Assembly: GCA_902614355.1 (NCBI GenBank) | Contig: CACMKP010000005.1 | Location: forward strand, 10,574 to 74,573 | Length of the DNA stretch: 64,000 nt | Direction of reading: 5' to 3' | Source of the DNA: an uncultured Pelagibacteraceae bacterium | GTDB taxonomy: Bacteria > Pseudomonadota > Alphaproteobacteria > Pelagibacterales > Pelagibacteraceae | In this document: positions 10,263-21,863 of the stretch, piece after piece | Numbering within the stretch: the first letter of the stretch is position 1 | Layout: the number at the start of each line of letters is the position of its first letter | The notes under the pieces: model-generated | The model's input: only the letters and a program-made list of their open reading frames with translations | What the model was told of the DNA's origin: nothing | Databases searched by the model: none | Translations under genes and position numbers: made by a program

Positions 10263-11375
10263 TCACAACTTATCTATGTATTTGTCATGAAATTGATCAA
10301 AAGTGCCTTTTTGAATATTCTTTCTAATTTCATTCATTAATTCTTGATAAAAATTGATATTATTTAGAGTTAATAACATCGATCCTAAAATTTCATTAGT
10401 ATTGAATAGATGATTTAAATAATTTTTAGAGTATTTATTTAAATCTAAGTTTTTACATTTTTCATCAAGAGGTGAATTGTCATTTTGATACTTATTATTT
10501 TTAATGTTCAGTCTACCATTCCATGTAAATGCTAAACCTGTTCTACCAGATCTGGTGGGCATTACACAATCAAACATGTCAATACCTCTCTTTACTGCTC
10601 CCAAAATATCAGATGGTGTCCCTACCCCCATCAAATAATGTGGTTTTTTTTCAGGAAGATTCTCTTTTATTTCATCTAAAACCTTAAACATTTCTTTTTG
10701 TGTTTCGCCAACGGCTAATCCGCCAATAGCATAGCCATCAAAATCCAGATCTAATAAACCTTTTAACGACAAGAGCCTTAAATCTTTAAATAAACCTCCC
10801 TGCACTATTCCAAACAAAGCCTTGTGAGGGTTTTTGCCAAATGCTTTTTTTGACCTACCTGCCCAATATAATGAAAGTTCCATAGATTTTTTAATTAGTT
10901 TGTAATCATTGGTTTTTTTTGGACACTCATCCATAATCATTACAATATCTGAATTTAAGCCAAGTTGTATTTTAATACTTTCTTCAGGGCTTAAATAAAA
11001 TTTTTTACCGTCGACATGAGAGTTAAAAATTGCTCCCTTTTCTCTATCTATTTTATTGAGTTTAGAAAGAGACATTACCTGAAAACCACCCGAGTCAGTA
11101 AGTATTGGTAAATCACAATTCATAAACTTGTGTAATCCTCCTGCATTTTGAATACGTTCAACACCAGGTCGGATCATTAAATGATATGTATTTGCTAAAA
11201 TTATATCTGAACCAGTTTTTTTTATATCCTTAATGGTGCAAGCTTTTACTGTTGCTTGTGTACCAACTGGCATAAAAGCTGGAGTTTTAATTTCACCTCT
11301 ATGTGTCTGTATAATTCCAGTCCTTGCGTAATTATCTTTACTTAATAATTTAAAGGCAAAATTTTTTAATGCCAT
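10263..11375 (-). CDS. tgt: tRNA-guanine transglycosylase
   Basis: TPAFMPVGT, LANTYHL, TDSGGFQV, GGLAVGE, DMFDCVMPTR. Confidence 0.97.
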   Translation of the reverse strand: MALKNFAFKLLSKDNYARTGIIQTHRGEIKTPAFMPVGTQATVKACTIKDIKKTGSDIILANTYHLMIRPGVERIQNAGGLHKFMNCDLPILTDSGGFQVMSLSKLNKIDREKGAIFNSHVDGKKFYLSPEESIKIQLGLNSDIVMIMDECPKKTNDYKLIKKSMELSLYWAGRSKKAFGKNPHKALFGIVQGGLFKDLRLLSLKGLLDLDFDGYAIGGLAVGETQKEMFKVLDEIKENLPEKKPHYLMGVGTPSDILGAVKRGIDMFDCVMPTRSGRTGLAFTWNGRLNIKNNKYQNDNSPLDEKCKNLDLNKYSKNYLNHLFNTNEILGSMLLTLNNINFYQELMNEIRKNIQKGTFDQFHDKYIDKL

Positions 11376-11382
11376 TAATTTG

Positions 11383-11943
11383 TTATAGAGATTTGAAACT
11401 TATTATCTTGTCAGGATTTGTTACAGCTCCATTATTGTTTTCATCACCACGTTTAATCTTATCAACAAATTCCATACCCTCAATTACTTTTCCAAAAACT
11501 GTATATTGTTTGTCCAAAAAAGGAGCAGGTTTAAAACATATAAAAAACTGACTATTGGCACTATTTGGATCGGACGATCTAGCCATAGATAAAGTTCCTC
11601 TATCGTGTGGTAAATTACTAAATTCTTGTTTTAAATCTTGTAAATCAGATCCACCCATCCCAGCCATTTTTAAATTAAAATCACTCGATGATGAATTGCC
11701 AAATTTTACGTCTCCTGTTTGGGCCATAAAACCATCTATAACTCTATGGAAAACTACCCCATCATATTTACCACTATTAGCTAAATCTTTTATTCTTTTT
11801 ACATGATTTGGAGCTACATCAGCAAATAATTCAATCTTAACATCTCCATCTTTAAGTTTCAAAATCATAACATTCTCCTGCGACATTACATAGTTTAACG
11901 TTAAAAAAAAGAAAAATAATGTATTAATAAAAATTTTATTCAT
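11383..11943 (-). CDS. Cyclophilin-type peptidyl-prolyl isomerase, exported
   Basis: FHRVIDGFMAQTGD, SMARS..NSANSQFFI, YTVFGKV; signal peptide. Confidence 0.95.
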   Translation of the reverse strand: MNKIFINTLFFFFLTLNYVMSQENVMILKLKDGDVKIELFADVAPNHVKRIKDLANSGKYDGVVFHRVIDGFMAQTGDVKFGNSSSSDFNLKMAGMGGSDLQDLKQEFSNLPHDRGTLSMARSSDPNSANSQFFICFKPAPFLDKQYTVFGKVIEGMEFVDKIKRGDENNNGAVTNPDKIISFKSL

Positions 11944-12430
11944 ATTTTCTTTTTAATAATTTTATTGTACTTCTAGTAGTAAATTTTTTAATATCACCTT
12001 TTAAATTTACTATCTCTTTTACAAATCTCGATGAAATTATCTGATTTTCAAGGTCAGACATTAAAAAAAGAGTTTCAATATTTTTATTTAATTTTCTATT
12101 CATACCTGCAAGTTGGAATTCATATTCAAAATCAGAGACAGCTCTTAATCCTCTTAAAATAATATTGGATTTATATTTTTTACATAAATCAGTAGTCAAA
12201 GAACTAAAAGAAATTACAATAATCTTTTTTTTACTAAATTTTAAATCATAAAATAAAGCATTTTTAACAATTTCAATTCTTTCCTCTGAATTGAATAAAT
12301 AATCTTTATTGTCCACATTAGAAACTGCTACAATAATTTTGTCAAAAAGTTTTAATCCTTTTTTAATAACATCTATATGACCAAACGTAATCGGATCAAA
12401 CGTTCCAGGATAAATAGCAACTTTATTCAT
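11936..12430 (-). CDS. coaD: Pantetheine-phosphate adenylyltransferase
   Basis: YPGTFDPITFGH, RGLRAVSDFEYE, ISSRFVKE. Confidence 0.97.
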   Translation of the reverse strand: MNKVAIYPGTFDPITFGHIDVIKKGLKLFDKIIVAVSNVDNKDYLFNSEERIEIVKNALFYDLKFSKKKIIVISFSSLTTDLCKKYKSNIILRGLRAVSDFEYEFQLAGMNRKLNKNIETLFLMSDLENQIISSRFVKEIVNLKGDIKKFTTRSTIKLLKRKYE

Positions 12431-15009
12431 TAAACTAAATTATCATCGATTTTATCAGCTGAAACAACTTTTTCCTCGCCAGATAACTTAATAATTCTCA
12501 CGCCCTGGGTATTTCTTCCTGCTGTTCTAATTTCTTTAACCGCTACACGAATTACTCTTCCCTTGTTAGTAGACATTAATATTTCATCACCTTCATATAC
12601 AGGAAAAGAGGAGGAAATATTTCCATTTCTCGGAGAATTTATAATTCCTATAATACCTTTTCCACCTCTATTGGTTACCCTATACTCTATATGTTTTGTT
12701 TTTTTCCCAAAACCATTTTCAGTAATTGACAAAATAAACTTTTCTTTTGCTTTCTGTTCTGATTGTTCATCTTTAGATTTTTTACCATTTTTTTTGAGTT
12801 TATCGTTATCTATAATTGAAAGTGAAACAATTTGATCATCAGGGGATAATACTATTCCTTTAATACCTTTTGATGATCTGCCTTTAAAAACTCTTAATTT
12901 TTTTGATTCAAAACGAATACATTTTCCCAATTTTGTGCTTAAAATGATATCTTGATCATCCTTACAAATTTTTACTCCAACAATTTTGTCATTACTATCT
13001 AATTTCATTGCAATTTTTCCAGAGGTATTTATTGAGGAGAAATCTTCTAAACTATTTTTTCTAATCTTACCTTGTGATGTTGCAAAAATAATTTGATAAT
13101 TCTTTAATTCAGACTCATTGTCAGGAAAAGGCATTATTGAACTTATTGATTGATGGTTTTTAAGTGGAAGAATATTAAATAATGACTTCCCTTTAGAAAT
13201 TGATGAACCCTCAGGTATTTTCCAGGCTTTTAACCTATAAACCAATCCTTCAGTAGAAAAGAATAAAACTGAAGTATGTGTATTTACTGATAAAGTTTGA
13301 ACCACTGAGTCTTCATTTCTTGTTGTCATACCAGTTTTTCCCTTACCACCTCTTTTTTGTGTTTTTACACTATTCAAAGATCCACGCTTAATATAACCCT
13401 GCAATGTGACTGTAATTAAAACTGATTGTTTTTGAATAGTTTCTTCAATATCATAATTTAATACTGCATCAATTATTTTGGTTCTTCGAGGAGATGAATA
13501 TTTTTCTTTAATATCTTTTAGTTCTTCACTAATTACTTTTAACAATTCTTTTTTAGATGAAATTATTTTTTTATATTTTGTAATTAGTTCAGCTAATTTT
13601 TTTATTTCAATTTCAATCTCGTTGATTCCTAACGCAGTTAGTTTTTGTAGTCTTAATTCTAATATAGCACTTACTTGAGAATTTGATAAAGTATACAAAT
13701 TTTTTGACTTATTGTTTTCTACAAGTGAAATTAATTTTTTAGAGCCAACTGTTTTCCAGTTAGTTTGTAAAAGAGATTTTTTTGCATCATCAGGATTTTT
13801 TGACGATCTTATTATCTTAATAACTTTATCCAAATTATCAACTGAAACTGATAAACCAAGCAAGATATGCGCACGTTCTTCTGCTTTTTGTAAATCAAAT
13901 TTTGTTTTTTTGATTACAACTTCTTCTCTAAATGATAAAAATTTTGATAAAAAATCTTTTAAATTACATGTTTCTGGTTTCCCATCAACTATTGCAAGTG
14001 TATTAAATCCAAATGAACTTTCGATTTGTGTATTCTTATAGAGTTGTCTTTTAATTGTTTCAGGCTCTACACCACTTCTTAAATCTATCGAAACTCTAAT
14101 TCCTTCTCTATTAGACTCATCTCTAATGTCTCTAATACCCTCAATCTTTTTTTCTCTTACTAACTGTACAATTCTTTCATTCAAAACAGATTTATTAACT
14201 TGATAAGGTATCGATGTAATAACCAATCTTTCTCTACCATTTTTTAAACTTTCAATAGAAATTTCACCTCTGATTTTAAATGAGCCTCTCCCTTTATTAT
14301 AACCTTGTTTAATCATATCTTTGCCTATAATTACTCCACCAGTCGGAAAATCAGGTCCAGGTATATGCTTCATTAGATCCTTAATCTTGATATCTTTGTT
14401 TTCAATTAAAGCTAGAGTGCCATTAATAATTTCACCTAAATTATGTGGAGGAATACTGGTAGCCATACCAACAGCAATTCCACCGGCACCATTTACTAAT
14501 AAGTTTGGAAATTGAGCGGGTAAAACAGTCGGTTCTTTTTCAGTGTCGTCATAATTATTTTTAAATGAAATTGTGTTTTTTTCTATATCATCAATTAAAT
14601 ATTGTGAAACTTTTGATAATCTAGTTTCTGTATATCTCATTGCAGCAGCTGGATCACCATCAATTGAACCAAAATTTCCCTGTCCATCAACAAGAGGTAG
14701 GCTCATGGAAAAATCCTGTACCATACGTACTAGAGCATCATAAACGGATTGATCTCCATGTGGATGATATTTACCTATTACATCCCCAACTATTCTTGCC
14801 GATTTTCTAAATTGTTTTGACCAATCATATCCACCTTTATGCATGGCGTATAGAATTCTTCTATGAACAGGTTTTAATCCATCTCTTATATCTGGTAATG
14901 CACGACTAACAATTACACTCATTGCATAAGATAAATAAGACGAGCTCATCTCGTCATGCATAGAAATTAGTTTAATGTTATTATCGTTTTGATTTTCTGA
15001 ATTTTGCAT
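12430..15009 (-). CDS. gyrA: DNA gyrase subunit A
   Basis: YHPHGD, AAMRYTE catalytic Tyr, GyrA-box QKRGGKG. Confidence 0.98.
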   Translation of the reverse strand: MQNSENQNDNNIKLISMHDEMSSSYLSYAMSVIVSRALPDIRDGLKPVHRRILYAMHKGGYDWSKQFRKSARIVGDVIGKYHPHGDQSVYDALVRMVQDFSMSLPLVDGQGNFGSIDGDPAAAMRYTETRLSKVSQYLIDDIEKNTISFKNNYDDTEKEPTVLPAQFPNLLVNGAGGIAVGMATSIPPHNLGEIINGTLALIENKDIKIKDLMKHIPGPDFPTGGVIIGKDMIKQGYNKGRGSFKIRGEISIESLKNGRERLVITSIPYQVNKSVLNERIVQLVREKKIEGIRDIRDESNREGIRVSIDLRSGVEPETIKRQLYKNTQIESSFGFNTLAIVDGKPETCNLKDFLSKFLSFREEVVIKKTKFDLQKAEERAHILLGLSVSVDNLDKVIKIIRSSKNPDDAKKSLLQTNWKTVGSKKLISLVENNKSKNLYTLSNSQVSAILELRLQKLTALGINEIEIEIKKLAELITKYKKIISSKKELLKVISEELKDIKEKYSSPRRTKIIDAVLNYDIEETIQKQSVLITVTLQGYIKRGSLNSVKTQKRGGKGKTGMTTRNEDSVVQTLSVNTHTSVLFFSTEGLVYRLKAWKIPEGSSISKGKSLFNILPLKNHQSISSIMPFPDNESELKNYQIIFATSQGKIRKNSLEDFSSINTSGKIAMKLDSNDKIVGVKICKDDQDIILSTKLGKCIRFESKKLRVFKGRSSKGIKGIVLSPDDQIVSLSIIDNDKLKKNGKKSKDEQSEQKAKEKFILSITENGFGKKTKHIEYRVTNRGGKGIIGIINSPRNGNISSSFPVYEGDEILMSTNKGRVIRVAVKEIRTAGRNTQGVRIIKLSGEEKVVSADKIDDNLV

Positions 15010-15014
15010 AATCT

Positions 15015-15470
15015 CTAAAATGGAATTTCATCATCCATTTCATTTGAAATTTGAGACATATCATCATTAGTGTTTAATGATTTATTATTATCATTTGCAA
15101 TACTTCCGCTTGAATTACCTCCACCTAGCATTGTTAGTGAAGAATTATATCCTTGAATAATTATTTCAGTAGAAAATTTATCTTGTCCTGATTGTTCATC
15201 TTTCCATTTTCTAGTTGATAATTGTCCCTCAACGTAAATTTGAGCTCCTTTTTTTAAATATTGTTGAACAACATTAACGAGACCTTCATTAAATACAACC
15301 ACACGGTGCCATTCAGTTTTTTCTTTTTTTTCACCTGAATTTTTATCCTTCCATGATTGACTTGTGGCAAGACTAAGTCTTGCAACATTTTTACCATTTA
15401 CCATTTGTTTAATCTCAGGGTCTGCGCCCAAACGACCAATTAAAAGTACTTTATTTAAACTACCAGCCAT
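15015..15470 (-). CDS. ssb: Single-stranded DNA-binding protein
   Basis: [19 protein letters not shown]-terminal DDEIPF. Confidence 0.98.
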   Translation of the reverse strand: MAGSLNKVLLIGRLGADPEIKQMVNGKNVARLSLATSQSWKDKNSGEKKEKTEWHRVVVFNEGLVNVVQQYLKKGAQIYVEGQLSTRKWKDEQSGQDKFSTEIIIQGYNSSLTMLGGGNSSGSIANDNNKSLNTNDDMSQISNEMDDEIPF

Positions 15471-15560
15471 AATATTTTAATATTTGTATTATTAATTAAT
15501 TAGATTTATATCACAATTTACTCTGAATATTAATTTTATTAAGTCAAAGCAATATAAATT

Positions 15561-18416
15561 ATGATGAAAAAGATACTTATTAAGGGGGCTAAAGAGCACA
15601 ACTTAAAAAATATTTCATTAGAGATACCAAAAGATAAATTTGTGGTCATAACAGGTCTATCTGGCTCTGGAAAATCTTCCTTAGCATTCGATACTGTTTA
15701 TGCAGAAGGTCAAAGAAGGTACGTTGAAAGTTTATCAGCTTATGCGCGTCAATTCTTGGATAAAATGAAAAAACCTAATGTTGATTTAATTGAAGGTTTG
15801 AGTCCTGCCATTTCGATTGAGCAAAAAAATACATCAAAAAATCCTAGATCTACTGTTGCAACAGTCACTGAAATTTATGACTATATGAGAGTTCTCTATG
15901 CAAGAGCAGGAATTCCTTATTCACCTTTTACTGGTAAACCAATAGTTTCCCAAACAATAACTCAAATTGTAGATAAAATTAAAGAATTGCCAAAAAAATC
16001 GACAATCTATTTATTTGCTCCAGTAGTAAGAGGTCGTAAAGGCGAATACAAAAAAGAAATTTTGGGCTTTAAGAAGCGTGGATTTAGAAAAATTAAGATA
16101 GATAATAAACTTTATGATATAGATAATGTTCCTGAACTTAATAAAAAGATAAAGCATGATATATATGTTTTAGTTGATAGAATTATACTAAGTTCATCTT
16201 TAGGTAATCGGTTAGCAGAGGGAATTGAAACATCAATAAATTTAGCAAATGGTCTAGTTTTTGTTGAGTATGAAAATGAAACTTTGCCAAAAAAGTTTAG
16301 AAAATTAGAAAGATTAATCTTTTCAACTAAATTTGCTTGTCCTGAAAGTGGATTTACTATTGAGGAAATCGAACCAAGATTATTTTCTTTTAATAGTCCG
16401 TTTGGTGCCTGCGAAGAATGTGAGGGTATAGGTATAAAACTTAACGTAGACCCTAACTTAGTTATACCGAATGAAAAAAAATCTATTATTGATGGTGCTA
16501 TCGAACCATGGGCTAAAACGACTACTTTATATTATGCCCAAACACTATCTTCCCTAGCAAAACACTACGATTTTTCTCTTAGTGAAAGATGGAATAAATT
16601 ACCAAAAAAAATAAAAGATATAATACTTTATGGTTCTGATGATGAAGAGATAAAATTTACTTACGATGATGGATATGAAAAATATTCACATAAAAAGACA
16701 TTTGAAGGTGTCATAAACAATCTTGAGCGAAGGTATCTAGAAACTGATAGTGATTGGAAAAGAGAGGAGATATCTCAGTATCAATCAGATACTAAATGTG
16801 AAAGATGTAATGGTCATAGACTTAAAGATGAGGCTTTATGTGTAAAAATAGATGGTTTACATATCAGTGAAGTGACTGAAAAATCAATTTTAGAGGCCTC
16901 GAAATGGTTTAAAGAACTTCAGACAAACCTAAATAAAAAACAATTTAAAATTGCTGAACATATTTTGAAAGAAATAAATGAAAGATTAGATTTTTTGTTA
17001 AACGTTGGACTTGATTACTTAACACTATCAAGAGAGTCAGGCACATTATCAGGAGGCGAGTCGCAAAGGATAAGGCTAGCATCACAAATAGGATCAGGTT
17101 TGACAGGTGTACTCTATGTTTTAGATGAACCTTCCATAGGTCTTCATCAAAAAGATAATGTAAAATTGATTAATGCACTAAAACGATTAAGAGATTTAGG
17201 AAATACTGTTATTGTTGTTGAACATGATACAGAAACAATGGAGAATGCTGATCATATAATTGATCTAGGTCCTGAAGCTGGTAATAATGGCGGCCAAGTT
17301 GTGGCGCAAGGAACTTTTAAAGAAATAGGTCAGAACAAAGACAGTATTACTGGAAAATATTTATCTAATAAACTCAAAATCATAGTTCCACCAAAGAGAA
17401 GATTAGCTAAGAATGGAAGATTTTTAGAAATTACTGGTGCTACAGGAAATAATTTAGACAACGTAAATTTAAAAATACCCTTAGGAAGTTTGACATGCGT
17501 AACTGGTGTGTCAGGTAGTGGAAAATCTACTTTAGTATTGCAAACACTTTATAATGCTTTGAATTTAACTTTGAATAATAATAAATCTAGAAAAATCCCC
17601 AAACCATTCAAAAATTTTAAAGGAACTGAATTAATAGATAAAGTTATTGATATTGATCAATCACCTATTGGTCGAACTCCGAGATCAAATCCAGCAACAT
17701 ACACTGGTGCTTTTGGACCAATAAGAGACTGGTTTACATCTCTACCTGAGTCTAAATCACGAGGTTATAAACCTGGAAGATTTTCTTTTAATGTTAAAGG
17801 TGGAAGATGTGAAGCATGTGAGGGTGACGGGGTTATTACATATGAAATGCACTTTCTTCCTGATGTCTATATTCAATGTGATGAGTGTAAAGGTACAAGA
17901 TATAACCGTGAGACTTTAGAAATAAAATTTAAAGATAAAAGTATTGCGGATGTTTTAAATATGACAGTTGATGAAGGATGTGAATATTTTGAAAATATCA
18001 CAAATATAAAAACTAAATTACTTACTCTTAAAAAAGTTGGATTAGGTTATATAAAAATTGGACAACAAGCTACCACACTCTCTGGTGGGGAAGCACAAAG
18101 AATTAAGCTTGCAAAAGAATTATCGAAAAGATCTACAGGTCGAACAATGTATATACTCGATGAACCTACTACCGGTTTGCATCAACATGATATAAAAAAG
18201 CTATTAGAAATTCTTCATACATTTGTCGCTCTTGGAAATACCGTCGTAGTAATTGAACATAATCTTGATGTTATAAAAACAGCAGATTATATAGTTGATA
18301 TGGGTCCAGAAGGTGGAGTAAAAGGAGGTAAAATCATCGCAGAAGGTAAACCCGAGGAAATTTGTAATGTAGACAGCAGTTATACAGGAAAATTTTTAAA
18401 GCCCCTTTTGAACTAG
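15561..18416 (+). CDS. uvrA: Excinuclease ABC subunit A
   Basis: Two ABC ATPase domains ([21 protein letters not shown]) and Cys clusters. Confidence 0.98.
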   Translation: MMKKILIKGAKEHNLKNISLEIPKDKFVVITGLSGSGKSSLAFDTVYAEGQRRYVESLSAYARQFLDKMKKPNVDLIEGLSPAISIEQKNTSKNPRSTVATVTEIYDYMRVLYARAGIPYSPFTGKPIVSQTITQIVDKIKELPKKSTIYLFAPVVRGRKGEYKKEILGFKKRGFRKIKIDNKLYDIDNVPELNKKIKHDIYVLVDRIILSSSLGNRLAEGIETSINLANGLVFVEYENETLPKKFRKLERLIFSTKFACPESGFTIEEIEPRLFSFNSPFGACEECEGIGIKLNVDPNLVIPNEKKSIIDGAIEPWAKTTTLYYAQTLSSLAKHYDFSLSERWNKLPKKIKDIILYGSDDEEIKFTYDDGYEKYSHKKTFEGVINNLERRYLETDSDWKREEISQYQSDTKCERCNGHRLKDEALCVKIDGLHISEVTEKSILEASKWFKELQTNLNKKQFKIAEHILKEINERLDFLLNVGLDYLTLSRESGTLSGGESQRIRLASQIGSGLTGVLYVLDEPSIGLHQKDNVKLINALKRLRDLGNTVIVVEHDTETMENADHIIDLGPEAGNNGGQVVAQGTFKEIGQNKDSITGKYLSNKLKIIVPPKRRLAKNGRFLEITGATGNNLDNVNLKIPLGSLTCVTGVSGSGKSTLVLQTLYNALNLTLNNNKSRKIPKPFKNFKGTELIDKVIDIDQSPIGRTPRSNPATYTGAFGPIRDWFTSLPESKSRGYKPGRFSFNVKGGRCEACEGDGVITYEMHFLPDVYIQCDECKGTRYNRETLEIKFKDKSIADVLNMTVDEGCEYFENITNIKTKLLTLKKVGLGYIKIGQQATTLSGGEAQRIKLAKELSKRSTGRTMYILDEPTTGLHQHDIKKLLEILHTFVALGNTVVVIEHNLDVIKTADYIVDMGPEGGVKGGKIIAEGKPEEICNVDSSYTGKFLKPLLN

Positions 18417-18463
18417 AAAAAATATTAGTAAATTTCAGTTGAATTTGATATAAATACTTCATT

Positions 18464-19066
18464 GTGATCAATTTACTATCATCATTGTCTAAAACAATTC
18501 ATACTTCAATAGCCATAGCTATAATTTTATTTCTTGGTTTATTTTACCTAAATGGAGGATTTAGCTTTGATACTCTTTTTTGGAGTTGGATTGCTCGATA
18601 TACGCACGTTTTAGTTGGGATTATGTGGATTGGTTTATTGTGGTACTTTAACTTTGTTCAAATTCCGAATATGGGAAAAATACCTGATGAACAGAAGCCA
18701 GCTATTGGAAAAGTTATTGCTCCCGCAGCTTTATTTTATTTCAGATGGGCTGCTGCATTTACCGTAATCTCTGGATTGATCCTAGCAGGACTTAATGGGT
18801 ACTTACATGATGCCATGACCTTAAGTATTGGATCAGGTGTTCCAAAACATACAGCTATAGGTATTGGTATGTGGCTTGGTTTGATAATGGCATTTAATGT
18901 TTGGTTTGTTATCTGGCCCAATCAAAAAAGAGCTCTGGGTATTGTTGAAGCTGATCCAGACTTAAAAGCTAAATCAGCTAAGACTGCAATGTTGTTTTCT
19001 AGAACAAACACTTTATTGTCTATACCAATGTTACTAACGATGGTTATAGCACAAAATTTATATTAA
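18464..19066 (+). CDS. PuuD/urate-hydroxylase N-terminal-like membrane protein, no cytochrome c domain
   Basis: RYTHVLVGIMWIGLLWYFNF, FRWAA, NVWFVIWPNQ and SRTNT motifs; GTG start. Confidence 0.75.
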   Translation: MINLLSSLSKTIHTSIAIAIILFLGLFYLNGGFSFDTLFWSWIARYTHVLVGIMWIGLLWYFNFVQIPNMGKIPDEQKPAIGKVIAPAALFYFRWAAAFTVISGLILAGLNGYLHDAMTLSIGSGVPKHTAIGIGMWLGLIMAFNVWFVIWPNQKRALGIVEADPDLKAKSAKTAMLFSRTNTLLSIPMLLTMVIAQNLY

Positions 19067-19953
19067 TTTTTTTCCTCATCTTTTAGAATAGTTTTTTGAG
19101 AAACATTTAGTCTCACAAGAATTGTATTCGCTATATAAATTGAGGAATAAGTTCCAAAAATAACACCAAAGATCATCGCTAACGAGAAACCTTTTAAAAT
19201 CTCTCCACCAAAAATAAAAATTGAGACTAATGCTAAGAGTGTAGTTATTGATGTTATTAAAGTTCTGGATAAAGTTTCATTGATTGAGATATTTGTTAAT
19301 TCAAATATCTTAATGTCAGCATATTTTCTTAAATTTTCACGAACACGATCAAAAATTACAACAGTATCATTCATCGAGTAACCTACTATTGTTAAAACAG
19401 CAGCAATTATTGATAAATTAATTTCCAAACCTAATAGTGAAAATAAGCCAAGTGTAACAATTACATCATGAAATAATGCACAAATAGCACCAAGACTAAA
19501 TTGCCATTCAAATCTTATCCAAATATATATTAGCATTAAAGCTAAAGCAACTGAAATGGCAATAATACCAGACTTTAATAATTCAGCACTAACCTTGGGG
19601 CCAACATTTTCTACTCTTCTAAAATCTATATTATTTCCAAATGAACCAATTAAATCTTTTTTAATTTCTTCGATTATATTTTTTTTGCTGTCTTTGTTCT
19701 CAAATTTTATTAAATAATCAGTATCGTTGCCGAATTTTTTTACAGAAATATCACCTAAGTTCATTTGATTAAATTTATCTCTTAAAGAAGATACATTTAC
19801 TTTTGAGTCTGATGACCTAAGTTCAATTAAAGTACCACCTTTAAAATCAATCCCAAAATTTAAACCTTTGAATATCAGAAATAATAATGAAATGACTACC
19901 AATGAAACTGATAGAATATTGAATTGATTATAATATTTATTAAAAGCTATCAT
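19063..19953 (-). CDS. secF: Protein translocase subunit SecF
   Basis: GIDFKGG, VGPKV, GYSMNDTVVIFDRVRE, GTYSSIYIA. Confidence 0.97.
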   Translation of the reverse strand: MIAFNKYYNQFNILSVSLVVISLLFLIFKGLNFGIDFKGGTLIELRSSDSKVNVSSLRDKFNQMNLGDISVKKFGNDTDYLIKFENKDSKKNIIEEIKKDLIGSFGNNIDFRRVENVGPKVSAELLKSGIIAISVALALMLIYIWIRFEWQFSLGAICALFHDVIVTLGLFSLLGLEINLSIIAAVLTIVGYSMNDTVVIFDRVRENLRKYADIKIFELTNISINETLSRTLITSITTLLALVSIFIFGGEILKGFSLAMIFGVIFGTYSSIYIANTILVRLNVSQKTILKDEEKN

Positions 19954-21507
19954 TTATATCAAAATCTCTTTTTCTTTATTTTTTGAAACATATAAAACAG
20001 TTAAAAGTCTCGCGATAAAATATACAGAAAAAAGAGTAGTGAAAATACCAACACCTAAAGTTATAGAAAATCCTTTGATTGGGCCTGAGCCCATAAAAAA
20101 TAATATAATTGCTGCTAACAAAGTAGTAATATTTGCATCAAGAATAGCAGTTTTTGATTTAGTGTATCCACTGTCAAATGCTATTAGATTATTTTTTTCA
20201 TTTTTAAGTTCTTCTTTTATTCTTTCAAAGATTAATACATTCGCATCAACAGCCATTCCTACAGTTAAAATTATACCTGCTATACCTGGTAATGTTAAAG
20301 TTGCTTCAAATAATGTAAGAACACCCACTAAAAGAAGTAAGTTAATAACTAAAGCTATATTAGTAATTATTCCAAAAATTTTATATTTAACAATTATGAA
20401 GATAATAACTAAAACAAAACCTATTATTAGAGCTATTATACCAGCATCAATAGAGTCCTGACCTAAATCAGGACCTACAGTTCTTTCTTCTATAATGTTT
20501 AAAGGAGCTGGTAATGCTCCAGATCTTAATAATAAAGCTAGATCAGTGGCAGATTGAAATGTAAATCCTCCACTTATTTGTCCTGAACCACTTGCAATTG
20601 TATCTCTAATTACTGGAGCGCTAATAATTTTTCCATCTAGAATGATTGCTAGTTGTCTTCCTATGCCTGTAGAGGTAGCCTTACCAAATCTTTTTGCACC
20701 TACTCTATCTAAAGTGAATGTTACAACTGTTTCATTTGACTCACTGTCCATTCTTGGCTGTGCATCAAGTAAATTATCACCACTAAGTATTATTCTTTTA
20801 CTTACGAATTCTGATCCTTCCTCATCTTCATAATTCAATTGCTCATTACCAAAAGTATCTTCATCATTATTAGAAACAAACCTAAAAGTTAAATTTGCAG
20901 TTTTACCAAGTAGTGATTTAATTCTCATAGGGTCGTCAAGCCCTGGTAGCTCAACTAATACCCTATCATTACCTCTTTTAAGAATATTTGGTTCATTTGT
21001 TCCAATTTCATCTATCCTTCTTCTTACTATTTCAAGAGCTTGTTCTTGAGAAGATGTTTTAAGTTTTACTAATCCTTGTTTTGAAAAGTTTACTACAAGA
21101 GAACTATTTATCTCATTAATTTCTAACTGATGAGATTTAAATCTTGGGTAGTAAGGATTGATCTCACTCTTTTCATCATTAAATATCTCGAATACTTTCT
21201 GCTTATCATTTTCATTAACATTAAAAAAAATTTTATCTTTTTGAAGTTTAAAGTTAACCAACTTTATATTCTTTCCCTTAAAATAACTTCTTAAAGTAAT
21301 TGTTAAATTTTGAAGTTTTTGATTAATAACTGGCTTATTATCAATTTCTAATAAAAGATATGAACCACCTTGAAGATCTAAACCAAGATTAATATTTTTT
21401 TTTAAAAGAATATTTTCAAACTTAAATAAATTTGATGATGCAATTAATACAAAAAATAATGATATTAACGTTATGAAAGTAATCTTTAATTTAGAGAAAT
21501 ATAACAC
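19954..21507 (-). CDS. secD: Protein translocase subunit SecD
   Basis: LGLDLQGG, LRSGALPAP, GMAVDANVLIFERI. Confidence 0.97.
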   Translation of the reverse strand: MLYFSKLKITFITLISLFFVLIASSNLFKFENILLKKNINLGLDLQGGSYLLLEIDNKPVINQKLQNLTITLRSYFKGKNIKLVNFKLQKDKIFFNVNENDKQKVFEIFNDEKSEINPYYPRFKSHQLEINEINSSLVVNFSKQGLVKLKTSSQEQALEIVRRRIDEIGTNEPNILKRGNDRVLVELPGLDDPMRIKSLLGKTANLTFRFVSNNDEDTFGNEQLNYEDEEGSEFVSKRIILSGDNLLDAQPRMDSESNETVVTFTLDRVGAKRFGKATSTGIGRQLAIILDGKIISAPVIRDTIASGSGQISGGFTFQSATDLALLLRSGALPAPLNIIEERTVGPDLGQDSIDAGIIALIIGFVLVIIFIIVKYKIFGIITNIALVINLLLLVGVLTLFEATLTLPGIAGIILTVGMAVDANVLIFERIKEELKNEKNNLIAFDSGYTKSKTAILDANITTLLAAIILFFMGSGPIKGFSITLGVGIFTTLFSVYFIARLLTVLYVSKNKEKEILI

Positions 21508-21522
21508 TTTATAAAATTAGAT

Positions 21523-21810
21523 CTATTTCTTTGTATCTTGTGAATTCATTAAACTTTGAATTCCCGTGCCTCTAATTACTTCTACTGTTACATTTTCAGC
21601 AATTTCCACTTCTACTTTGTCATTATCCACTACCCTGGTAATAATCCCAGTTATACCTCCTGATGTAACTACTTTGTCTCCTTTTTTTAAATTTTCAACC
21701 ATAGTCCTGTGTTCTTTTACTTTCTTTTGTTGCGGTCTAATAAGGAAAAAATAAAATATAACAAAAATTAATATCAACGGTATAAACTGACCAAATCCTG
21801 CACTATCCAT
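21523..21810 (-). CDS. yajC: Preprotein translocase subunit YajC
   Basis: FYFFLIRPQQK, GDKVVTSGGI. Confidence 0.96.
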   Translation of the reverse strand: MDSAGFGQFIPLILIFVIFYFFLIRPQQKKVKEHRTMVENLKKGDKVVTSGGITGIITRVVDNDKVEVEIAENVTVEVIRGTGIQSLMNSQDTKK

Positions 21811-21863
21811 AAAACTCCTAATTTAAAATGAATATTTATACTATCTAAAGAATTAAAACAACT

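Noticed and set aside
15471-15560. Expected alphaproteobacterial LexA box (GTTC-N7-GTTC) in the ssb/uvrA divergent promoter
   Set aside because: No GTTC or GAAC repeat is present in the spacer
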